Shown: positions 25,795 to 37,730 of the stretch, one piece after another | Layout of the letters: each line of letters starts with the position of its first letter | Position numbering within the stretch: the stretch's first letter is position 1 | From: Malacoraja senta | Taxonomy: Eukaryota | Reading direction: 5' to 3' | DNA length: 64,000 nucleotides | Assembly (NCBI GenBank): GCA_038087875.1 | Contig: CM075997.1 | Span: 9,116,001-9,180,000, forward strand | Notes under the pieces: generated by a model | What the model was told of the DNA's origin: nothing | Seen by the model: the letters and a program-made list of their open reading frames with translations, nothing else | Databases searched by the model: none | Program-made: the position numbers and the translations under genes

Positions 25795-26528
25795 AATTCC
25801 ATTTCAAGCAGATGCAAGGCTACCAAATTCAAATGCAGTTTCCTACCATTTCAAGCAGGGTGCAAGGCCACCAAATTCAATTGCAGTGTCTTACAACTTC
25901 AAGCAGGGTGCAATGCCACCGAATTCAAGTGCAGTTTCCTACCACTTCAAGCAGGGTGCAAGGCCACCGAATTCAAGTGCAATTTCCGAACACTTCAAGC
26001 AGGGTGCAAGACCACCGAATTCAAAGTGCAGTTTCATACCACTTCAAGCAGGGTGCAAGGCCACCAAATTCAAGTGCAGTTTCATACCACTCCAAGCAGG
26101 GTGCAAGGCCACCAATTCAATTGCAGATTCATACCACTTCATGCAGGGTGCAAGTCCGCCAAATGCAAGTGCAGTTTCATACCACTTCAAGCAGGGTGCA
26201 AGTCCACCAAACTCAAATGCAGATTCATACCACTTCGATCAAGACCCAAGTCCACCATACTCAAGTGCAGTTTCATACCACTTCAAGCAGGGTGAAAGGC
26301 CACCAAATTCAAGTGCAGTGTCCTTCCACTTCAAGCAGGGTACAAGGCCACCGAATTCAAGTTCAGTTTCCTACCATTTCCAGCAGTGTGCAAGGCCACC
26401 AACCTCGTGCAGTTTCCTATCACTTCAAGCAGGGACCAGGGCCAACAAACTCAAGTGCAGTTTCCTGCCAGTTCAGACATGGTGCAAGGCCAACAAATTC
26501 AAGTGCAGTTTCATGCCACTTCAAGCAA
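25795..26528. repeat. 48-bp minisatellite, ~15 degenerate copies
   Basis: Unit TTCAAGCAGGGTGCAAGGCCACCAAATTCAAGTGCAGTTTCATACCAC. Confidence 0.95.
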
Positions 26529-27115
26529 AGGCGCGGTCGCCCCTGAGCTTATGCCTAGACCGCGGGATATTTATCAACCCCAAGTCGGACGATCTGAGGG
26601 TCCTGGAGCTGGTGTGGTGAGTGAGAAGACTTTTTAATGTAGGTGGGTGCAAGCCATTGAGGGCTTTGTAGACATAGAGGAGGGTCTTGAAATTTATTCG
26701 GAACCGCACAGGGAGCCAGTGGAGAGAGGCCAGGATCGGGGTGATGTGGTCCCTTTTTCGGGTGCCCGTCAGGAGTCTCGCTGCGGCGTTTTGAACCAGT
26801 TGCAGGCCGGACAGGGAAGATTGGCTGATGCCAGTGTAAACGGAGTTGCAGTGATCTAGGCGGGAGGAGCTAAATGTGAGGATGATCTTTTCGAGGTCAT
26901 CAAACTGGAGGAATTGTTTTATTTTAGCTATCGTCCGAAGCTGAAAGAAGCTAGCTTTTACCACGGCATTGACTTGTTTGTCATATTTCAGTGCTGAGTC
27001 AAATATCACGCCAAAGTTTTTTACGTGAGGTTTGAGTAGTGGAGGAAGGCGTCCAAGGCTGCCTGCTCTCATTTTGATTGAGTCCGAAGGGCCGAGAAAG
27101 ATGACTTCAGACTTA

Positions 27116-27742
27116 AAGGCCTGTCTCACGAGTCTGCGGTCAACGGCGGCAAAACAGGAACAATCTACCGCTCCTGGGCCGCCAGAGACCGCGGGTTCGG
27201 TCAAACGCCCGCCGCCGGGGCCGTGCGGCGTTGTTCCCAACATCGCAGGGTGCTAAAATAAAACCAACACTGTTCAATAAACTTTTCCTACCGCACAGCC
27301 GCCGCCAGTGAGTCACGAGTGCGGCACGGTCACCGCCACAGCCGCCGCCAGTGCGGCACGACCGCCGTGCGTCGAACTTGCACCGCCACAGCCTCCGCCA
27401 GTGAGGCACCACCGCCGCCACAGCCGCCGCCACAGCCGCCGCTACAGTCACCGCTAGTGAGTCACGTGTGCCGCACGGCCGCCTCCACAGCCACCGCCAC
27501 AGCGCCGCGATCAGCACTGCCGCCGCCACTGCCTCGCAGATCCGAAATGATGTCATCGCAGTCGGCCCGCCCTTTGTTTTTACTTACCGCAAGCTCGTGG
27601 GTCCAGCCATACTTAAATCACTCGGCCCCCGCGCAGCGCTCCAACGGCATAGGCTCGGCGCTCTCGCCGTTGCCGTGCGGTCCCCTCTACCAGCGATGCC
27701 GCGCTTCATCGCTGATGACCGCAACACCGTGAGACAAAGCCT
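27116..27742. mobile_element. PIF/Harbinger-type MITE with GC-rich (GCC)n-like interior
   Basis: 15-bp imperfect TIRs (AAGGCCTGTCTCACG / CGTGAGACAAAGCCT) and TTA TSD (27113-27115, 27743-27745); removing it rejoins the flanking L2 sequence. Confidence 0.8.
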
Positions 27743-27843
27743 TTACTCTCGTTTAGCTGGAGGAAGTTCTGGGCCATCCAACACCTTATATTCTCGAAGC
27801 AGTAGATAAGGTTAAGTAGATTTGATCGGTTGTTGGGCTTCAG

Positions 27844-28805
27844 CCATGTTGGGAACGGCTGCTAAGCAACAGCCGTCCTTTTAATTCAATTATTTTAAAT
27901 AGTTTCAGTGCGTCCAGTGTCTCGTCCGTTGGAGTAATCTACTTTTTAAATGTAGGGTGAATGGGGGTAACTATAGTCTAGATCCCTACCTGGTCAGTGA
28001 GGCAGCTTTTTCTCCGGGCTGCCCCGTCGACCCGTCCTCGTGGCCTACCAGCGGGCATGGAGCGCCGTTTCCTGACGGGGACTGCCCAGCACCTCGGCTT
28101 CGGTGGCGGCACAGCGCTGGAGCGCTATCGCCTTGCCTTGCCTGGGTCGCCGCGCTGGATCGGCGCGCTGGAGCTCCGGTGAGCTGTGACCGCCGAGCTC
28201 AACACCTCCGGGCAGCGGGTCTGCGGAGAGGATCGGGCGGCGCCGACTTTAACATCGGGAGCCTGGGAGCTCCAAACCGGCGCGGCCTTGTCGGCTTCGG
28301 AAGCCGCGGCCTCCGGTAAGGAATGCGGCCGTTCCAGGTGGCCCAGCCGCTGAAAGGACTCTCCCGACGCCGGGGCAACAGCACCCGGTGAGAACGGCCA
28401 GGAACATCGGGCCTCCGTAGAGGCAATAGCGGAGGCCTCAATAGGCCTGACTTTGGGGAGAACTGGAGTTGGGGAGTGGACATTGTGCCTTCCCCCACAG
28501 TGGTAACCATTGTGAGGGGATGATTTTTGTGTGTACTGTCTATGTTAGTCTGTGTCCAAGATGGCGGTCGTAAGGCAGAGTGGACGCTGGCGCGGTTTAG
28601 CTGCCGCTGCTTTCTCTTCACATTGTGTTTCTGAATTTTTTGTTTTTTTGTTTTTTGGATTGAATTTCTGTCTTTAATTTGTGTATTGGTGATGTCTTTA
28701 TAACTTATTTTACTCTGATTATATGTTTCTTTGTTAAATTTTGTAAGGTGTCCTTGAGACTTTTGTATAGGCGCCCATAAATAACATTTATTATTATTAT
28801 TATTA
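27844..28805 (+). mobile_element. Non-autonomous GC-rich retroposon with L2-like (TAT)n tail
   Basis: Interrupts the L2; ends tgtaaggtgtccttgag...ggcgcccataaat...(tat)n; body homologous to ~48443-48640. Confidence 0.6.
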
Positions 28806-29884
28806 TAGAGTTGTGTATCGTCTGCATAGCAATGGAAGGAAATGCTGTGCCTTTGAATGACTTGGCCTTAGGGGGCATATATAGCGAGAAGAGAATGGGG
28901 CCAAGGATGGAACCTTGTGGAACCCCACAGCAGAGACTAGCTGGGGAGGAGAAAGAGTTGCCTATGTTAGCAGAGAAACTCCTACCTTTGAGGTGTGAGA
29001 TGAACCAGCTCAGGGCAGTGCCATCAATACCAACCCCGTACCAGAGACGGTCAATTTGGATGGTGTGGTCGACAGTATCAAATGCTGCGCTGAGGTCGAG
29101 AAGGAGCAGGATTGCACAGTCGCCGGAGTCAAGGGTGAGCAGTAGGTCATTATGTACCTTCAAGAACGCAGACTCTGTGCTGTGGTGAGCCCTGAAACCT
29201 GATTGGAAAGTTTCCAAGATAGTATTTTGGTGAAGGTAAGGCATAAGTTGACTTAAAATTACCTTTTCAAGGGCTTTTGAGAGGAAAGGCAGTTTAGAAA
29301 TAGGTCTGTAGTTGCTTGGCAAGGTGGGGTCGAGGTTAGGTTTTTTCAGGAGTGGCTGGACCACCGCATGCTTGAAGCAGGTAGGTACGGTGCTAGTGGC
29401 CAGAGAACTGTTGAAGATGGTGAGGATGCTGGGACCGGCTATTGTAATGACATCCTATAGGAGGGCAGAGGGGACAGTGTCGAGGGGGCAGGTAGTAGGT
29501 TTCATGGTGGTGATCAGTTTTACAAGGGAGGGTAGAGTAACGGGTTGGAAACAATCTAATTTTGAAGAACAGACCAATGAGACAGCCAGGTTACGGGTGG
29601 GAGGGGAAATATTCGTTCTTATGTTCTTTACCTTGCTGGTGAAAAATGTAGTAATTTCTCATCGTCTCAAACGTCTCATGGGCACAATCTGAACTTTGCT
29701 AATGGATGACCAGGAGTCCACATACGGTTTCTAATTTCCTGATACGGCAGGATTTCGTCCACTGCGGTTGGGTTCAAATCCTTTACTGGAGGCTCTGTTG
29801 CATACGCGGAGGACGGGTCTCTCGGTGTCGCAATACCGCTAGTGACGATGCCCACTGGCCGACAATGTATCAACCGATGAGTGT

Positions 29885-30490
29885 ATGACAAGAGGAGTCG
29901 AGTATAGGAGCAAAGATGTCCTTCTGCAGTTGTACAGGGCCGTAGTGAGGCCACACATGGAGTATTGTGTGCAGTTTTGGTCCCCTAATTTGAGGAAGGA
30001 CATTCTTGCTGGTGAGGGAGTGCAACGTAGGTTTGCAAGGTTAATTCCGGGATGGCGGGACTGTCATATGCTGAAAGAATAGAGCGGCTGGGCTTGTACA
30101 CACTGGAGTTTAGAAGGATGAGAGGGTATCTTAATGAAACACTTAAGATTGTTAAGGGTTTGGACACGCTAGAGGCAAGAAACATGTTCCCGATGTTGGG
30201 AAGTCCAGAACCAGGGGCCACCGTTTAAGAGCTTAGAAGGCATTTAGAACGGAGACGATGCAACACATTTTGTCACAGAGCGTTGTGAATCTGTGGAATT
30301 CTCTGCCTCAAAGGGCGGTGGAGGCCGCTTCTCTGGATACTTTCAAGAAAGAGCTAGATAGGGGTCTTAAAGATAGCGGAGTCAGGGGATATGGGGAGAA
30401 GGCAGGCACGGGGTACTGATTGGGGATGATCAGCCATGAACATGTTGAATGGCCTACTCCTGCTCCTATTGTCTATTGTCTATTGTCTAT
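29885..30490 (+). mobile_element. CR1 3' fragment, (CTATTGT)n tail
   Basis: LLQLYRAVVRPHMEYCVQFWSP motif; tail at 30466-30492. Confidence 0.9.
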
Positions 30491-30632
30491 TGAGTTATTC
30501 CAAACCCGGACTGCCCAGCCTAACAATGAGCACTCAATCCAGTAGGGATTCAATATATGCTGACGTACCGAACGGGTGCCGAAATTATTAAAGGCGCTGC
30601 CACGTACAGAGGTAGAGGAGGTAAGTGTGAAG

Positions 30633-33612
30633 TGTTGCGTAAAACCCGGTTGTGACTTGCACAATCAAGAGACGTCCGACACCGATGAGATCTGCCAGTA
30701 GAGCTATCCATTTAATGATAGCCTGGCCTCCAGAGGGCTCTCGCATTTACATCTTAATGACGAATACAAAGGTTGCATACATTACATCTCCCCCTTCAAC
30801 TTTGGGGTCAAAAAATCATGTACGTGTACGTCCAAGGCATAGAAAGTGCACCGTCATCATGCAGTCAGCGACATGTTTGTGTATATACAAAGGACTTACG
30901 ATTAGAACATAAAAGGTAGACACAAATGTTGGAGAAACTCGGCGGTCGAGGCAGCATCTATGGAGCGAAGGAATATGTGAGGTTGCGGGTCGAGACCATT
31001 GATTACTGCTAGATTATAGCTAATGAATAACGACATAATCACGTTATCCTCGCTGTATTCTACCACAATTAACAGTACTCTTTATACTTCGAACATCATA
31101 CTACAAAACTATAAACTCTATAACTCCGCGTTTTTGTTGACATTGCTTTCATTTGCTCTTGCCTGGCTATTTTCCATAACAAGCCCAATTGGGGGTGTTG
31201 ACAATCGCCCACTTCGCGTGCTAGTCGTATTTCCGACTCGTTCTGTGTTGTATTTCTTTTGTGTGTGTGGCTTGGCGCGCTGCAAGCGGGTTCCCCAACT
31301 GCATTAACTTGCAATGCGGGCTGTGATTGCTCAGTTTCCGCGCTCTTTTGCTCCTTGTTGCCAGGGTGTGGCTCAGCTGCTTCGTACGCGGGTCGTATGT
31401 CCTTCCTGTTTCTACTAAGTGCCGCTCGGTGTAGAGATGGAATAGCTCCGAGGGGCCACGTTTTCTCGCGCTAACTGGCCACGTTTCCACTCGCTTGATT
31501 TGGCGCGAAACCACACCTGCTGTTGTCGCTCCAGGCGCGGCAGCGGCTCGGGCTTGCCTTCAAGTTGAAGTATGCTGCCTGTTTATCTTGCCGGACAGCT
31601 AGCTGCGGTCCCATGGGAGGGACATGATGGGGCTGTAGGAACGATAAAGACGACGGCTTCAACCAGCTCATCATGGTATGTATGAAACTGAGTCAAGTCC
31701 GAGGGCAGATCACGCCTGTTACTAGGCCAACCCTTTCTTATGTACTCGCGCAGCAGTGTTAGGGTTTGATCTTTTTTTCTTTTTCAGCTTTGAACTGCGC
31801 ACGACGCTCCTCTGACATGTGTAGGATGCGTTCTACAGCGTTTAGCCGTGTGATGCGCTCTTCAGTAGACGCGTTTGCACTGGGCAGCCGGCTCAGGGCG
31901 TCGGGGACAAGCATTTTACGTCCCGGCTTCCACCGTATTTCCAGGTCGTACCGTAGCAGGTGCATTCGCATGCGCTGGAGTCTGGGGCTTAATTTGTGTA
32001 GCGGCTTGGCGAGCAAGCCTACTAATGGCTTGTGGTCAGTAAGGATTACAGTGCGCCGACTGACAATGAAGTCATGAAATTTTCTGCATGCTTACAATAT
32101 GGAGCACAACTCCTTCTCTATTGTCGCATTGTTGCGCTCGTCCGCGTTCACACGTCGTGATGCGTAGGCAACAGGTCTCCAGTCTTGCAGTAGGACCGCT
32201 CCAATCCGCTGTTGGAAGCATCTGTGGCAATTGAAACGTGCGCGTTCACATCGTACAGTTTCAGTACGGGTAACATGTGAGAAGACGCGTCAGCTGGTCT
32301 ACTGCCTGTCTGTGTTTCTTCTCAAAATGCCACGCTACACCCTTTTCTGTCAGCTCTCTAAGTGGGCAGGTGATTTGCGAAATGTTCGGAATGAACTTGG
32401 CCATGTATGTCACCATCCCCAATAACGTTTGCACTTCAGCCTTGTTTGTTGGATATGGCATTTGTAGCATGCTGCTGACACGACATGGGCGTGGTGACAC
32501 GCCAACTTGCGAGATGACGTGTCCAACATATTCACTCTCGTTTGAGCGCATTACCGACTTTTGGGGATTGAGTTTTAGGCCGGACTCTTTCACATGCGTG
32601 AGTAGGGCTTTCACCCGAGCGTCATACTGGGCTGCGTCCTCAACCCAAACGAGAATGTCGTCAACGACTATCTCCACCCCTTCTAAATCACCGACCTCTT
32701 ACTGCATAGCCTGCTGCCAAATCTCACTTGCGGATGAGATTCCAAATGGGAGCACGAAATATCGGTAACTCCCCAAGGGAGTATTAAATGATGTTAGGCG
32801 CGAGCTGGGGTCGCTCAGTGGAAGCCACTTGTAGCATCATATTTCGAGAACCATTTTGCCTTCGGCATCGGGCTGCAATTTTCTCGAACGTCTGCATCGT
32901 GAAATGCTCCCTGCGAATGGCTGCATTGAGGTCACGCGGGTCAAGGCATATGTGGACTTCGCCATTAGGCTTGCTAACAACAGTCATTGAATTCACCCTA
33001 TCTGTCCATTCGCTCACAGGCTTTATGACTCTCAAGCTTTCCATTCGCTTTAACTTGGCTTTGACCTTATCCCTGAGTTTATATGGGATTGTGCATTTTG
33101 TTTTGGCTGCGCCTTCTCTTGCAGCGCTATGTTGTACTCATTTTTGTAGCCTTTCCAGCCCTTGGAAACGCTGGCGTTTTCCTCAATGATTTTCGCAGTG
33201 TATGATTCAGAGTCGGTGTTTTGCTCCACGCTGCTCATTTCGGAATTTACATCATGTTTGGCTCGCGCGGTATGCGTGCTGCTGGGGTGGGGTGCCGCGG
33301 TATCAGGCGCTGGCGCATTCTCCACTCCGCTACTGTATGATTTGCCAATAGCTGCCTCTCTCGCTCTTGCTGGACTCGCACTAACACCATCAAACACCGC
33401 ATTTCGCACAATAAGCCCTAACTTCCCACACGTCGTTTCCCAAATATAGGTTTCACATCCCCACTCACTATTTTAAAGATAACACTATATTCTTTCTTAC
33501 CTAATTTAACGTTCCCCTTTGCCTGCCCCGCATAATTCATTTTGTGTCTAGAGTACGATCCTAGTGTTACATTAGTGTTCATTAACACAAGACCCGTCTT
33601 TCTGAACGAGTT
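30633..33612 (-). mobile_element. Gypsy LTR retrotransposon remnant (PR-RT-RNase H, integrase mostly lost; PPT; putative 3' LTR 30633-30786)
   Basis: ICLDPRDLNAAIRREH, LPFGISSASE, IVVDDILVW, RPVAYASR, TDHKPL..LSPRLQRM; PPT GAAGGGGGAGA then TGT at 30786. Confidence 0.8.
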
Positions 33613-34830
33613 CTAGAAAATAGGTGCAGGAGGAGGCCATTCGGCTCTTCGAGCCAGCACCGCCATTCATTGTGATCAAGGCTGATCGTCCCCAATCAAT
33701 AACCCGTGCCTGCCTTCTCCCCATATCCCTTGATTCCTCTAGCCCCTAGCTCTATCTAACTCTCTCTTAAATCCATCCAGTGATTTGGACTCCACTGCCC
33801 TCTGTGGCAGGGAATTCCACAAATTCACAACTCTCTGGGTGAAAAGGTTTTTTCTCACCTCAGTCTTAAATGGCCTCCCCTTTATTCTAAGACTGTGGCC
33901 CCCTGGTTCTGGACTCGCCCAACATTGGGAACATTTTTCCTGCATCTAGCTTGTACGCAATATTCCAGATGTGGTCTTACCAGAGCCCTACACAACTGCA
34001 GAGGAACCTATACTGAAATCCACTTGTTATGAAGGCCAACATTCCATTGGCTTTCTTCACTGCCTGCTGTACCTGCACACCAAAATTCAGTGACCGGTGT
34101 ACAAGGACACCCAGGTCTCGCTGTACCTCCCCCTTACCTAACCTAACCCCATTGAGATAATAATCTGCCTCCTTGTTTTGCAACCTAAGTGAATAACCTC
34201 ACATTTATCTATATTATACCGCATCTGCCACGCATCTGCCCACTCACTCAACCTGTCCATGTCACCCTGCAACATCCTAACATCCTCTTCAAAATTCACA
34301 CTGCCACCCAGCTTTGTGTCCTCCACAAACTTGCTAGTGTTGCTCCTAATTCCCTCTTACAAATCATTAATATATATGGTAAACAGTTGCGGCCCCTACA
34401 CCGAGCCTTGCGGCACTCCACTCGCCACTGCCTGCCATTGTGAAAAGGACCCGTTCACTCCTATTCTTTGCTTCCTGTCTGCCAACCAATTTTCTATCCG
34501 CGTCAACACCCTACCCCAATATCATATGCTCTAATATTATGTCACCGGTCTCCCGTGCGGGACCTTATCAAAGGTTTTCTGAAAGTCTAGATACACTAAA
34601 TCCACTGCCTCCCCTTCATACATTTTACTTGTCACATCCTCAAAACATTCCAGAAGATTAGTCAAGCATGAATTGCCTTTCATAAATCTATGCTGACTTG
34701 GAATAATGTTTTTACTGCTATCCAAATGTCCCATTATTTCCTCTTTAATAATTGACTCCAGCATCTTTCCCACCACCGAAGTCAGGCTAACTGGTCTGTA
34801 ATTCCACGTTTTCTCTCTCGCTCCTTTCTT
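33613..34830 (-). mobile_element. CR1 LINE 3' part with internal deletion
   Basis: NYRPVSLTSVVGK and YLDFQKTFDKVPH motifs plus a CR1 3'UTR. Confidence 0.9.
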
Positions 34831-35084
34831 TTGGATTTGTATTGCGAATGCGAGCATTGCTTGTCAGGGCAGGGACGTATATAGGATACTAGCCAACATG
34901 TGTGCCTCGTTCATCAAACACTGCAAGAATGACAATTAAGACCTGTGTTTTCTTTACCAGCTGCTGCATGCTTCCGTTGTGTTCATCGTGAGTTTTCCGA
35001 GTGATTCAGCATTAATCAAAATTTTACACACGATTAATATCGAAATCTGATTTGTTACGGCTCATTCTATTTCAAATAAATGGT

Positions 35085-35360
35085 AGGCCATTTAGAACGG
35101 AGATAGGGAAAACCTTTTTCACCCAGAGAGTTGTGATTCTGTGGAAATCTCTGGCTCGGAAGACAGAGGAGGCCAATTCACTAGATGCTTTCAAGAGATA
35201 GTTGGATAGAGTTCTCAAAGATAGCGGAGTTAAGGGATATGGGGAGAAGGCAGGAACGGGGTACTGATTGTGGATGATCAGCCATGATCACATTGAATGG
35301 TGGTGCTGGCTCGAAGCGCCGGTTGGCCGACTCCTGAACCTAATGTCTATTGTCGATTGT
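35085..35360 (+). mobile_element. CR1 3' fragment
   Basis: FTQRVV..W motif and 3'UTR with degenerate ctattgt tail. Confidence 0.85.
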
Positions 35361-35623
35361 TCCCAGTTGCATCCCTCCACCTGTTGCTGAAAATGTCCAC
35401 GCATATTCCATAGATCGATAACCCAGGGATTTGAAATGTCATTCCACAAATGTAGAGCACATATCACAGCTACTTAATCGGTTAGCACATTTTTCCTGCT
35501 ATACTAAATTAAATTTCTGCTGCCTCGGTTGGAAATTGTAAGTTTCAGGCGTTTAAGCACCGAGCTAGGTAGATTAACCTGTTCATTTGAACACGAACCA
35601 AGAAATGGACTTCGACTTGCATT

Positions 35624-36522
35624 TCATCCACAAAGCTGTCCGTTTAATGTTAACAGATATTTCACTCCTTTCATCAGCTTATTTCTGAATTGCCTCTGTG
35701 ACAAGGTGTAGATACATGTGTTTGTGCAGGTACACAGAAATTGCAACATAAACCCAAATTGCTGCAGGATAAATGTCGGGGTATTCAAATACCTGTCTGT
35801 GTAAAAATAATTTTGAACTTGCCACCTCATGGTAGATACTATAAAGGGTATCCATAGTAATATGAAATTGGCCGACAGTGCGAACAACAAAATCATTGAC
35901 TTTCTCCGGTTCTGCGCCTCGGGATCCTTCTGATTTTCAGTGCCATTTCGCAGACCCCGCCGTACTTTATTTGCCGCTTTAATATGACTGACAGTTATAG
36001 CATTGAAAAATACAATCAAGCAGATTGGCATTAAAGGTGTAACGATACTGTTAAACAACTGAAATGCTTTCCACGAGGTCGAGGTAAAGTATTCACCTTT
36101 GCTGGTGCATCGCAATGGCACGTTGTCAATAACAACGTAAGGTTCCACTGTAAAGTAAAACGGAAGGCATCTTGCACAGCTCCCGATAACGACGATAGCT
36201 ATCACCACGCTAGCTATTCTCTCCGTGCAGTATCGTTCCCGCAGCTTTTGACTGCAAATTGCGATACAGCGATCGAAGGTAAAAGTCACAGTTAGCCAAA
36301 CGGAGCAATCCGTGGCGGCTAACCCGAGGACAATTGTCATAGAGCAAATTGGAGTAATGAGCAAGGAATGAGCATAAAGGTAAATATTAGTAATCTGTTC
36401 CAGTACAACCCCAAAGACGACACCCATTAAATCAGCCGTGGCCATTGCTACCAGATAGCGAGAGACGCATTTGGAGAGACCACATTGACTCCGTGAGAGG
36501 ATCACAATTGCCAGTGAATTAA
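35624..36522 (-). CDS. Class A GPCR, GPR139/GPR142-like, exon 2 (TM1 end to TM7)
   Basis: Open frame with seven-TM pattern: N in TM1, YLVAMATADL, SVWLTVTFTFDRCIAIC, LLWIP, TNTCIY; acceptor tttttccctcattatAG at 36524-36523. Confidence 0.92.
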
Positions 36523-37101
36523 CTATAATGAGGGAAAAACACAAAATTTAGTGCAAACGTGCTAAACCAAATCCTTTCCTTCTGATCCTCATGCCGGGAC
36601 TGGGAATCGCAGTCTAGAAATTCAATCTACTGGGTGTCCGCCACAACACGCCACTTGGAATACAAGGGGGGGGGGTACATGGTCTGACAGGGAGGGGGGG
36701 CATGGGCTGCATGTTTGCAACTGCTTGGAGCCCGGTCTGGGACGTACGCCATCCTTTCCAACGAACAGCTGATCGCCACATGGCCCATCACTGCAATCTA
36801 AATTGCTGAAGTGAGCACCGGTAGTGGTAAGAAAATGTATTGCGGAACCAAGATCACAAGGAATTTCAGAATTTTGAAAGCTGCCATTACACAAATCAAC
36901 AGCATCGCCCGCAAGTCTATATTGCCCGCTGCGGAAAGCGGGCATTAAAAAGATCAACCATATAAAACTAGATATTTTGAAGCCGATTAATGCTGGAAAC
37001 ATTCATCAGGTGAGGCAGTATCAACATAATTTTGAGGCATCTGTACTATGTTGAGCCGGAGAGGGAAAATTGGAGCCACATAATGAGCTCTCACGTCTTA
37101 C

Positions 37102-37171
37102 CAGTGATACCAACCGCTGCAAGGACCGGATAATAAATCCTCATTATGTGGTAAATTGCTGGATATCCCAT
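37102..37171 (-). CDS. Class A GPCR, GPR139/GPR142-like, exon 1
   Basis: ATG at 37171 encodes MGYPAIYHIMRIYYPVLAAVGIT plus 1 nt, then a GTAAG donor. The phase-1 junction gives GTT (Val) in frame with exon 2; total 322 aa. Confidence 0.88.
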
Positions 37172-37730
37172 TGTATCTGTGAGGCAGCGATCAGTCTCGC
37201 AGAACGTTTCAGCTGCCACGTGTACTGGTGACTATACTAACATCTTCTTATACGGAGAAAGGCGGTACTTAGAGGCAATTAGTCACATCAGACACAAGTC
37301 ATTGGACAGACCGTAAATATGTTATCTTCATTGGCGCACGGAGACCGAGTATTCCACTTCGATGCTAGCAATTAATTTTAGTAGAGGTTGTTCACGTTTC
37401 TAAAATATAATGATTTTAACGTGATATAGACACTCTATATCACATAAGCGTGGTTGGGCTGCAGAGATTCTTACTGCACAACATGGGCAACCAGCTTCAA
37501 ATAAATATCGTCTGTAACATTGTGCGCATCTATAACATCAATAACATCCTGTATTACTTGGTTTAATCTGGCCGGGAAAATGAGGGTCTCGCCGCCCACC
37601 AGTCACTCGGCGGTTTCCCTGTTCGAAACAATAGTCCAGGCGATGGTGATTAAAAAAGTAAGAGGTAGTTGTACTGATTGACCACTAATGTCTTCAACAC
37701 ATCCGAATAGTTTTGGAACAAGTGCGTCGA

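Larger units (their letters stand above)
26529..29665 (-). mobile_element. L2 LINE ORF2 remnant, interrupted by a MITE and a SINE-like element
   Basis: [70 protein letters not shown]. Confidence 0.9.

Noticed and set aside
25795..26528. CRISPR-like periodic array
   Set aside because: Head-to-tail tandem units without unique spacers, no cas genes, eukaryotic context.
25710..26620. 278-aa and 244-aa repetitive ORFs
   Set aside because: By-products of a 48-bp stop-poor minisatellite; no splice, promoter or domain support.
27140..27809. Ala/Pro/Arg-rich ORFs
   Set aside because: They arise from the GCC-rich MITE interior.
36523..36544. ORF-track start MCFSLII for the GPCR
   Set aside because: It lies in the intron's pyrimidine tract; the real start is in exon 1 at 37171.
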